Assembly: GCA_030141605.1 (NCBI GenBank)
Contig: JAQGDQ010000337.1
Location: 186,001 to 250,000, forward strand
DNA from: Tubiluchus corallicola
Taxonomy: Eukaryota > Animalia > Priapulida
Length of the DNA stretch: 64,000 bases
Direction of reading: 5' to 3'
Each line of letters opens with the position of its first letter. Positions within the stretch are counted from its first letter, which is position 1. Both the position numbers and the translations under genes were made by a program. The notes under the pieces are model-generated. The model worked only from the letters and a program-made list of their open reading frames with translations, made no database searches and was not told where the DNA came from. This document shows positions 53,994 through 64,000 of this stretch, in pieces.

Positions 53994-54493
53994 CAGGGGT
54001 GTGAAAATTGCGGCCCGCGGGCCACTTGCGGCCCGCCGAGAGAATTTGTGCAGCCCGCGAGGAGATTTGTCAACCTAAAGAAAGTGCGGCCCGGGCGATT
54101 AATTGAGTGTATCCAGCTGAAGTCCGTGCCACAATCTCAAAGATAGTGCGGGTAGGTTTTTCTACTAGATCGGATGCCATTAACCCTTACAAGACGGTTG
54201 TAGCTTAATGTCATTGTACTACACAGACTATGTGATACACATTACTAATATGCATTATAATGAAATTACCACTATCTGTCCTGAAAGTAGAAATATATAG
54301 TTTGTAATATAAATTTCAATAACTTCTAAAATAGTTTCTTGAGTGTAGCAGTAATGATGTACGTAGGTCGGATGCAAAAAAATGATTATTAGGCCTTTCT
54401 GTACTTGGCTCCTTGATTAAACTGCCTGTCGCCCGCAGGAATTGCGGGAAAGTTTAATGTGACCCGGCTAGTCAGATAATTTGCACACCCCTG
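53994..54493. mobile_element. hAT-Charlie-like MITE
   Basis: CAGGGGTGTG...CACACCCCTG TIRs, subterminal CGGCCCGCGGGCC repeats, TSD CACTAGGC/CCCTGGGC (6/8). Confidence 0.85.
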
Positions 54494-55159
54494 CCCTGGG
54501 CTGATAATTTTGTCCCGTCCATCTCTGTTGAGAATATGTTTTTTATGTAATGAGCAGATTAAACAATTACTTGTGGTGCATTAGAAATGCTACTAACCTA
54601 ATTTCAACGTGTTCGTTATTAATTTCGTGTATTTGCGTAGCGCTTATATCCAAGCAAGCTGCACAACTTCTTGCTGAGTTATACCTTGCTCGTGTTCATC
54701 ATGTGGTACTTATATAAAGGCAGGGTTCAGTAACTGCCTGTGGTGTGTTATTTTGCTTTGTTACGTGTAAATATAGATTTCGCTTTTGCACACCAGATGT
54801 ATCGTTTGTAGTATTGTCATATAGTAGCATTGCTACATGAACATGTACTGCTACATTTTGCACAATATTGACATAAATATCAATTCAATCCAATCCATAA
54901 TTTTGTGGAGGCGTTTGAATATTGAATTTGTACAGTAAAGCCTCATTATTTCATTCCCGTTGTACTGCCGAACTCGTTTGTTTACTACCTGCAAAAAGGC
55001 GAGGAACTGAATGGCTACATTCAAATATATATAAAAGTAAGCCGTTATATCCGCTCCCATTACCCACAAGTTCCCAGGCAAATTAATTTACATGTTCAAT
55101 GCTGAAATACTGCCAGCAGTCTGAACTAGCACTAGTACTTGCTCCAATGCCAACTGTAT

Positions 55160-55317
55160 GAGGCTGCTATACTCTCCGCTGAGTCACTGACACTGACCAG
55201 ACATCGCGTATTAGGCTGCTGTACTCTCTGCTGAGTCACTGACACTGACCAGACATCGCGTATTAGGCTGCTATACTCTCCGCTGAGTCAGTGACACTGA
55301 CCAGACATCACGTATTA
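55160..55317. repeat. 52-bp tandem repeat, 3 copies
   Basis: AGGCTGCTATACTCTCCGCTGAGTCACTGACACTGACCAGACATCGCGTATT. Confidence 0.95.
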
Positions 55318-56006
55318 TATAAAATGTAATGTTTTGATTGTTTACAAGCTGTACGTTCATTATATAATCACAATAACATTATTGTCAATATGGCATGCAG
55401 TCATAATATCAGTTGACAAACAACCTGGCTTTCTTTCGTCGGCAAGATGTGTGATATTAGCTTGTTTTCTATCATCCTAGCAAATGCCGCAACAAATTAG
55501 TAGTTGTGACTTTGTTACCTTTTTTACGCATGCATGTTTAGTGGAGCAGTAGGGCTACAGTCTATTATATAATTGAGTTACTGACATGTTTATTATGTAA
55601 ACAGAAGGTTTTTAATAAAGATGATTGATTTGGAGTCGTTAATTCGCAAATGATTTTCTTTTCATTAATTAACCTTTAGAGTGGAAATTAAGAAGTCTGA
55701 TCTGTGTAAACTTGTCTGACTTATTCATGGTTGATCTATGGCAAAATTTAACACTCCTTATTATTACACCAACTTATTTCTAGTGCCAAAATGGGCAGTA
55801 TAAAAAAGTTTGACTGTGCATTCCTTGAAAAATTTGTCAAATTTGTAATCAATTCTGTAAAACCAATTTGTTTCCATATTAACCTAAAAAATCTTTTCTA
55901 CCATAAAAATGTGTTTACGAGCGAAAAATACTTTTATTTCCAATCTGTTTTATGTAGATTAATTTGAAGTGTGAATTGCTTTAATTTTACAACAAACTTT
56001 GTTCAG

Positions 56007-56188
56007 GTTGGATGGCTGTAACTGCGCAAGAAGGTGATACTCCAGTATTCCGTGCTTGGATACCCGGTGGACATGGCATTTTTTTAAGATGTCCGTCATT
56101 GTTGCCATTTGCGGTCAACCTTCGAGGACGGCGAAAGAAACACACTCCAGCTTATGCTGTCAAACAAATTAGCACTGTTAATTATTAG
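56007..56188 (+). CDS. NOA1: NOA1 last coding exon (total CDS 2331 nt, 776 aa)
   Basis: gttcag| WMAVT...RAWIPGGHGIFLRCPSLLPFAVNLRGRRKKHTPAY...; stop TAG at 56186-56188. Confidence 0.92.
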
Positions 56189-57365
56189 TAATTATTAAAT
56201 AGACTTAATAGTATTTCAAGCCAAAGTTTGCTTTATTCACTTATCCATCATGGAAGAATAATCATGAAAGTGATTCATTTGACACTTAGCAAAACTTATA
56301 GAACGTGTTAAAGCTTTATACCATCGTTATTGTATGGTTTAATAATGGCCCAAGTAATTCTTTAATCAAGCTTCAATTTTACTATTGAATTTTTTTACAG
56401 CATGACTGCTATGCTTAAATGTCATGTAAAAGTATGGATAAGGTTTCGTTGGCCTTGTTTTGTAAGTAGTGCCTGTACCTATCTTGTCTCTTTTTAACCT
56501 CTTATGAGAGCTATTTGCATGCTTGTAAATATGGAAAATAATAATTGATTCTCTGATCTAAATAAGTCGTGTTTTTGCATTTCAAATACCATCACTATAC
56601 CTGTGCCCGAATTTTGTTATTCCGCTGCTATGTTATAAACCTACCTGCTAATACAGTTCGTAACAGAAACCCTGTGGACAGTGAATGGTTGAAAATTTCC
56701 AGCATGCATTTGTCTGTCAGGAATTGCTTTGACAAATTATTATTTGGCAAGTAACAACACGCACATTAATGATTGAGCACTGCATCAACTACAGTTACAA
56801 TTCTCTAGGGAACAATTTGGCGTCTAGGCTTGCCAGACATAATTCATTCTTTATACATATTACAGCTTAAGAAATGTTAAAACTTTCGTCAGCAAGTAAC
56901 TTTTATTAGTAAACATCAGCACACAGCAGGTTGCCCACAGTCCACAGAATCCAAGATTTCTGACAGAGCAATTTGAAAGACTAGCCATTAAATTCTTTTT
57001 TATTATGATCAGTCTGCAGTCATTTTTTACGTTAGTCATTATGCCGAAAATTGTTTTGAATTTTGTAACAGTATTTTACTATTAAATTTATAGTATAGTG
57101 AACTCTACCTGAGGAGTGAAAACAGCGAACAGTGCCATACTAATGTTGTGCAGTTTCAAACTTTCATCGAAACGTTGATCGGGTGTGTTAGTCATTTCAG
57201 TCCCTACCATTGACGGCTCTATATTTATTTTCGTGACATCAAAATAACCTCAGATAACATATGTACAGAGTTATTATTAATATTTGTGAGTTTCAGCAAA
57301 CACAAAAACTATTGTTTTCACCACGGCTGTAAAACAGTATTTGTTCAGTAATGATGCACGATCAC

Positions 57366-57665
57366 TAGGGAGAGCATGCTCTTCCAGAAAGTGAATTCGA
57401 ATCTAACTGAATTTCATAATTTCCAATCGAATCAAGTTTGAAATATTTAGCAGTAAAAACGGTCTTACAAAGATCATGCATATTATTACTACCTGATTTT
57501 GTTCTGCAGTAAAGCACTAATAATTGTTTAAAAATTGTGCACAGAAATCACAGCTAAATTGTGTTAACTGCATGATGCTTGAAACGCTTTAATGATAAAG
57601 AACAGAAGGGCTGAATTATTCGATGCTATAAGTTTAATTAGGTTCGAATTAAAAAACTCACTCCA
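57366..57665 (+). mobile_element. hAT MITE family A, degenerate copy
   Basis: TAGGGAGAGCAT...CTCACTCCA; flanks ACGATCAC/GCAATCAC; shared core aaagatcatgcatat...gcacagaaatcacagctaaatt. Confidence 0.7.
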
Positions 57666-58008
57666 GCAATCACCAGTTTAGTAATTTTTGCTATTGTAAG
57701 AATTTGATGCCTCTGTACAAAAAAGCAAAAAACTATAATAAGTTTTATTAATAAATACGATAGAATTTTTTGACAAAATCTTTAGTTTGACTAGACGCTA
57801 CTACAGCCACCAACCAACTTGCATAGCTATTACAATGTATAAGTTTAATAACAATTTTTGTAAAGGCACAAGTGTACTGTAAGCGCTTTTACCCCATACA
57901 CAAAGCATGTAGCACCATCCATTAACTAAAAAAGCTAGTTACTTTTCATTAGAATACAGCAGGCGACTAGGCTACACAATTGTACGTTTTTTTTTAAATT
58001 ATTGCTTT

Positions 58009-59251
58009 CAGTCATCATTCACATATTAGTAATCAAGTCTTCACATTGTTCAGGCCTGTGATCAGACAGTTCAGTCATCATTCACATATCGGTAAATAAG
58101 TCTTCACATTGTTCAGGCCTGTGATCAGACAGTTCAGTCATCATTCACACATCGGTAAATAAGTCTTCACATTGTTCAGGCCTGTGATCAGACAGTTCAG
58201 TCATCATTCACATATCGGTAAATAAGTCTTCACATTGTTCAGGCCTGCGATCAGGCAGTTCAGTCATCATTCACATATCGGTAAATAAGTCTTCACATTG
58301 TTCAGGTCTGCGATCAGACAGTTCAGTCATCATTCACATATCGGTAAATAAGTCTTCACATTGTTCAGGTCTGCGATCAGGCAGTTCAGTCATCATTCAC
58401 ATATCGGTAAATAAGTCTTCACATTGTTCAGGCCTGTGATCAGACAGCAGTCATCATTCACATATCGGTAAATAAGTCTTCACATTGTTCAGGCCTGTGA
58501 TCAGACAGTTCAGTCATCATTCACATATCGGTAAATAAGTCTTCACATTGTTCAGGCCTGTGATCAGACAGTTCAGTCATCATTCACATATTGGTAAATA
58601 AGTCTTCACATTGTTCAGGCCTGTGATCAGACAGTTCAGTCATCATTCACATATCGGTAAATAAGTATTCACATTGTTCAGGCCTGTGATCAGGCAGTTC
58701 AGTCATCATTCACATATCAGTAAATAAGTCTTCACATTGTTCAGGCAGTTCAGTCATCATTCACATATCATTAACTAAGTCTTCACATTGATCAGGCAGT
58801 TCAGTCATCATTCACATATCAGTAACTGTCTTCACATTGTTCAGGCAGTTCAGTCATCATTCACATATCGGTAAATAAGTCTTCACATTGTTCAGGCCTG
58901 TGATCAGACAGTTCAGTCATCATTCACATATTGGTAAATAAGTCTTCACATTGTTCAGGCCTGTGATCAGACAGTTCAGTCATCATTCACATATCGGTAA
59001 ATAAGTCTTCACATTGTTCAGGCCTGTGATCAGGCAGTTCAGTCATCATTCACATATCAGTAAATAAGTCTTCACATTGTTCAGGCAGTTCAGTCATCAT
59101 TCACATATCATTAACTAAGTCTTCACATTGATCAGGCAGTTCAGTCATCATTCACATATCAGTAACTGTCTTCACATTGTTCAGGCAGTTCAGTCATCAT
59201 TCACATATCAGTAACTGTCTTCACATTGTTCAGGCCTGTGATCAGGCAGTT
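58009..59251. repeat. 63-bp minisatellite with 51- and 49-bp deletion variants
   Basis: Unit CAGTCATCATTCACATATCGGTAAATAAGTCTTCACATTGTTCAGGCCTGTGATCAGACAGTT (e.g. 58261, 58324); about 21 units. Confidence 0.97.
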
Positions 59252-59345
59252 GTAGACACAAATAAATAACAGTATAATATGATTTTATCTACATGCACTT
59301 ACAAATAAGGAATTTAAGCTTATTTATATAACCTACTGGAGTCCA

Positions 59346-59867
59346 CAGAACCTCTTTTAAGTGACAATGACTGGGTACCAGAGGGGGTTCTCTCCTGTCA
59401 GTTTGACAGGGGGTTTGGGCAATTTCTGGCCTATTTTTAGTGCTATAATCAGCCCAGTCAGCTAATCAGTCATCACATCACTATGTGTACTGAGCGTGCA
59501 TATTACTATATAGACTATACTGAACTGTATTGTTCCGTACAATCATGTACCGCACAAGTTCATCACACTAGACTTCAGACGAGCGACCACTAGGTGTCAG
59601 CACTAAAGCGAACATGAACTCACTGTTTCCTACAGGGCCAGGGCAGGATCACTAGTTGTATAAACCAATGAAAGGGGCAAAATTTATTTTTTTTATAACA
59701 ATGTACTTATCACTAGTTGTACAAGCCAATGAAAGGGGCAAAATTTATTTTTTTTATAACAATGTACTTCAGTGCCCAGTGGTCAGATTTACACATCACT
59801 GGGTACCAAGATTTTTTTCATTGTGTACCAAACTTAGTACCCATGCAACATGTTAAAAGAGACTCTG
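59346..59867. mobile_element. MITE-like element with an internal tandem duplication of about 59 bp (59648-59768)
   Basis: CAGAACCTCTTTTAA...TTAAAAGAGACTCTG imperfect TIRs and subterminal GGGTACC motifs; no clear TSD. Confidence 0.5.
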
Positions 59868-60303
59868 AATAAATAACTAGGTATACACAACAATTACAAT
59901 AGTTCAAATTTGTTATCTTTCAGCTCATCTTGTGCACTTTTAAACTAATTAAAACAATTTATGCTCACTGTAGAACACAGTATAACTGCCAGTTATATAC
60001 AAGAGACACGGAACCACAAAATTGTTAAGATAAACATGAGATCTCAAGACGTTGAAAACTATTGAGCAATATAGTGAATACCATCAATGCAATTAAATTT
60101 ATGCAACTTCTAGGCCACATCTTTCTTATTTTGGATGAATGTATTTTCTGCAAAATATCCATGTAGAACTAAAAACAAACTTTTAAGGAGGAAAGTTGCA
60201 TAACTTCTGTGTATAATAATAGTATAAATTGTAAAAACTGAAAAGGACACGTTAGCACACAAAAAATGGCCGAGGACCATCAAATAAAACCCACATTAAT
60301 AAC

Positions 60304-61090
60304 CATGGGCGCTGGCAGGCGGATGCACGTGCGTCCCCAGAATTTCTTTAAAAAAAATTTTAAGGCTAAATAAAGTTTTTAGCAGTAAACCAAGACACAC
60401 ATCAACCCTTTGTTTGCGCAATCCCCGAGCACTCGGCTGATTTGCAGAGTGAAGTTATGTTTATGTGTATCACTTAGTCTCGATTCTCTTATCTATTTAT
60501 GTTGTCTAGACAGTTTTTAGCCAACTGTAACTGCACTTCTGCATTTGGGGGTGGACCTAAGGGGCCTGGGTCCTCCTTTCATGTTAGTAGTGAAATTATG
60601 AGTCATGAATTTGAGGTGAATTTGCCTGAGGAAATAGCTTCTAGCAACTGCAATAAATGGTCTATAATGCAGTAAAATTGCATTTAGCCGAGTCCAGTGG
60701 GAAAAAATAGGATGCCTGCAAACATATTAAATTTTGTATGAACAGTGGGTGGGCTGTAAACTTAAGTCTCAAATCAGTTTTATGTTTCACTATCCACATT
60801 TTGCTGGATAGATAATCTTGAGTAATGAGTCATCCGCATTGCAGTGCATTACGGACTTGCTTTTAAGATATACGACTACTACAATAGAATACAATGAATA
60901 TTACCAAGGTAAATGAAGGTAAAATATATTTATTAAGGCAGAATTTTTCACGTATGAGGAAGTCTATGTACCAGAATTTAGATCTCATTTAGGTCTCCAA
61001 AATGTCCTTAAATATCGGGAAAAGCGTTGGTGGCCCCAGTATCCCCAGCTGCTTGTGTGTCCAATTTTTTAATCTCTGGCAGCACCCATG
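60304..61090. mobile_element. hAT-type MITE
   Basis: CATGGGCGCTG...CAGCACCCATG TIRs with perfect 8-bp TSD TTAATAAC (60296-60303 and 61091-61098). Confidence 0.88.
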
Positions 61091-61151
61091 TTAATAACAT
61101 AATACAAATCAATAGATAAATAACTATACTAATTCATAGGTACATAACCGT

Positions 61152-61461
61152 TAGGGGTGAGCATTCTGTGACTTTGGAATTCGAATTGAACCGAACTTCA
61201 GTGTTTCGAATTCGGACCGACAAAGATCATGCATATCACTAGATTTTGTTCTGCAATAAAATGACTACTAACTTCTTCAAAATTGTGTGCAGAAATCACA
61301 GCTAAATTATGCTAATTGCATGATGTTTCAATCGTTTTAGTGATAAAGAACATGTGTGATTGAAGTGCTGAATTATTCGAATCTATAGTTTTGGATTCCA
61401 ATAGAGTTCGAACTAAAAAAACTCGTTCAAATCGAATTCGAGCGTTCGATGCTCACCCCTA
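61152..61461 (+). mobile_element. hAT MITE family A
   Basis: Perfect 13-bp TIR TAGGGGTGAGCAT/ATGCTCACCCCTA with perfect TSD ATAACCGT. Confidence 0.92.
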
Positions 61462-61992
61462 ATAACCGTAGAAAATTCTGGAATGTCTGAGCAAATCAAT
61501 ACATATAAAAATCAATAATACAAGTGCAATTCTTCATCGCATTTCCTTGATCACATATAGATCATTGAAAACAAACTGCTTGAGAGAACAAAAACTGTGC
61601 AGCCTAATAATACAAGCATGCAAGATTTCAAAAGTTTCATTATGAAAATAATAAAATAATTTCTCCAAAATACTGCAAGAAGAACAACATAAATGCCATC
61701 AAGAAAAAATAAAACTAAGATTCCAACGAATGACAGCGTATGACTGTAAAATTATAAATCACACTTTTGTTTTTCGTGCAGTTTTATCACACATTTTCCT
61801 TTCTAAAGTCTCTGATTTTGAACAAAAAAATTCTTTTTACATTTAAATTGGTCCTTCGGTGTTAACAATCTTGTTAATGCAAAGCATTAAAATTCAAAAA
61901 ACATAATAATATATTAAAAATAGTAAAAATTTAAAATAAGTTAACATGATTAAACTTCTAGAAACGTTCAACAGTTTGATCACATTTTCATA

Positions 61993-62134
61993 TCAAAGAA
62001 CTGACTTCTTGGCTTGTTCACGTAAAAACTCCTGACAAGTGCAGAATTTTTGCAAATAAGGGAAATCTTTTGCTATGCACTTTGGCTGATCTCCATATTC
62101 ATCTGGTCTGCTGACTTCTGCTGTAACTTCAAAC
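61993..62134 (-). CDS. DUF229-like protein, last coding exon
   Basis: tttcag| (R)FEVTAEVSRPDEYGDQPKCIAKDFPYLQKFCTC...SVL stop. The SR..YG.Q..CI.....L.K.C.C pattern is recalled as typical of invertebrate DUF229 (PF02995) C-termini. Phase 2 matches the upstream exon. Family not confirmed by a search. Confidence 0.8.
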
Positions 62135-62168
62135 CTGAAATGGGTAATAAATAATAACAATCGAGCAA

Positions 62169-62533
62169 TAGGGGTGAGCATCCGCTACCAGAAAGCGAAT
62201 TCGAATCGAATCGAATTTGTGACTTTCGAATTTGAATCGAACCGAATTTCAGTACTTCGAATCCGAATCGAATTCGAATTGAGTTTGAAAGATTTTCGAA
62301 CCACTAGTAAAAAGTGGTCTTGCAAAGATCATGCATATTACTTGAATTTGTTCTGCAGTAAAACTGCCATTAGTTTGTTAAAAGTTTTGCACAGAAACTG
62401 CAGCTAAATTGTGCTAAGTGCATACTTTTTCAAACATTTTAATGATAAAGAACGTGTGTGGCTGGAGTGCTGAATTTTTCGAATCCATAATTTTAGATTC
62501 GAATCGAATTCGAACGTTCGATGCTCACCCTTA
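62169..62533 (+). mobile_element. hAT MITE family A, in the last intron of the DUF229-like gene
   Basis: TAGGGGTGAGCATC...GATGCTCACCCTTA; TSD TCGAGCAA/TCAAGCAA. Confidence 0.9.
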
Positions 62534-62972
62534 TCAAGCAATGGCTAAATACACCATAATTGTACTAATCATAACACAAGTCTCGCCAGTAACTTACTAC
62601 GTTTGAGCATACAACTGTGGCCTTTACCTGTTGACGATATTCAATTGGCATAACCATCAGAGTTCATCACCTGTTTGTTCAAAGGTCAAAGACACTAATT
62701 CCACAAAATGTACAAGTTATTTAGATGCCAGTAATTAGTGGCAGCAAGATGAATATTGAAACAGCTTTTAGTCGGTTGAAAACATTTACCACGAGGACAA
62801 TTTTTAACTAGAAATTATGCACATGTTTACAGCATTTAGAACTCGCTATGCAAATTATGTTGCTAATGCTCACAGATGCCAGGAACAAAAATTTCAGTTA
62901 GCCATAACTGATGATCATCAAGAATTTTATACAATCTAAAGTAATTTGAAAAATGATGTAAAATATGATTAC

Positions 62973-63043
62973 CTATTTCGTTTAGTGAAATATTTCACTG
63001 TTGCTTCATATAATGCTTCATTGGGTTTAGTTTGTATCGTAAC
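62973..63043 (-). CDS. DUF229-like protein, penultimate coding exon
   Basis: gacag| VTIQTKPNEALYEATVKYFTKRN AG|GTAATC. Resembles the T-x-P-x-x-x-L-(F/Y)-EATV motif I recall near the DUF229 C-terminus. Confidence 0.8.
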
Positions 63044-63608
63044 CTGTCACCAAAAAGTTGAAAAAATTAGGATCGTCATACAATAGATTTTGCCCATTCA
63101 ATAATGATTTAGTTAGTTCTAGTTTAGGCTTTGTCTAAACTATGCTGATTGTTGTGCTGACATAGCGTATAGTACAATGCATGTGGTGCCATCTGTTGAA
63201 AGAAAAGTGTTAAAAGCTGGAGATAAGTGATAAGTACTTATGAATTTGTTGAGAACAACAAAAGTGACATCAGGTACATTATTGAACTTGAAAAAGTATA
63301 ATAGAAGGCAAATGTTATTTTCTACACAATGTAAACAATACGTTACAAAATCTAATATGCGGTGAATAAATTAAACTCATTTCTTATATATGTAACCAAA
63401 GAATGCACAAGACTAAAATCTGTTTAGCTTAACACCTCTGTGCAAAGTTAAGCAACAATAGCAACAAATGTAAGACAATACACCAAAGACAAAGTATTTT
63501 TTATGCCCAGTGCAACACTGCTAGTCAATAAATTCAGTAAGACAGGCGCAATTCTGGCATATTGCATGGAAGGTATGCAATTCTCAACAAGTCGCATGAA
63601 TAAAATAC

Positions 63609-63695
63609 CTGAAATTCCAGCATATCGATGTTTATTTTTCTCGTGAAATTTGCTATCCTGTGATCATCATCAAAACTGTTAAAATATTTTAACAC
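63609..63695 (-). CDS. DUF229-like protein, third-to-last coding exon (gene starts beyond the right edge)
   Basis: tttcag| VLKYFNSFDDDHRIANFTRKINIDMLEFQ |GTATTT; 87 nt, phase 0 on both sides. Confidence 0.75.
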
Positions 63696-63816
63696 CTGAA
63701 ACACACAGAAACATGATTATTACTCAGCACAAGCGGTTACATTTGTAATTAAAACAAGCTAAAAATGTCCATTGAAATCAGAAATAAATGTTAGTGTCAT
63801 TTGTCCAAAAACAATT

Positions 63817-63892
63817 ACTTTCAATTATTTGTCCAAAAACAATTAGTTTCAATTATTTGTCCAAAAACAATTAGTTTCAATTATTTGTCTAA
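63817..63892. repeat. Tandem repeat of about 28 bp, about 3 copies
   Basis: TTTGTCCAAAAACAATTA(C/G)TTTCAATTA units, beginning near 63800. Confidence 0.8.
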
Positions 63893-64000
63893 AAGAAAGA
63901 CCTCCTGATTTTTCGCCAACCGCCTCAATGTAGTGTTTATCATCTTAAAGAAATGAGACGAATAAAATCTAATCTCATCCAATCTTATCTTTCATATGAA

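Noticed and set aside
58009-59251. Possible CRISPR array or repeat-coding exon
   Set aside because: Units are contiguous with no unique spacers, the context is eukaryotic, and the consensus unit has stops in all six frames.
62627-62670. Apparent extra minus-strand exon with in-frame TGA TGA (selenocysteine idea)
   Set aside because: Exon 62973 splices in phase directly to 62134 and gives a continuous family-like sequence; this segment has stops in all three frames and no SECIS was recognised.

Overview
AT-rich animal (invertebrate bilaterian-type) genomic DNA with spliceosomal introns, not prokaryotic. Three protein-coding genes can be supported. (1) The first coding exon of muscleblind/MBNL on the minus strand (CDS 13672-13851, exon probably 13672-14150), with a candidate non-coding first exon near 30670-30800; the rest of the gene lies beyond the left edge. 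(2) A complete NOA1-like mitochondrial circularly permuted GTPase on the plus strand: 10 coding exons, 41350-56188, 776 aa by manual splicing. (3) The last three coding exons of a DUF229-like gene on the minus strand (61993-63695), convergent with NOA1. The remainder is intronic or intergenic, with many hAT- and Tc1/pogo-type MITEs, tRNA-headed SINE remnants, decayed CR1/L2-type LINE pieces and minisatellites. The most interesting signals concern RNA-level control of the muscleblind exon: long-range complementary elements flanking it whose mismatches are all G-U wobbles on the transcribed strand, dense YGCY clusters, and a back-splice ORF resembling circMbl. These are hypotheses from sequence alone, not a proven new system.
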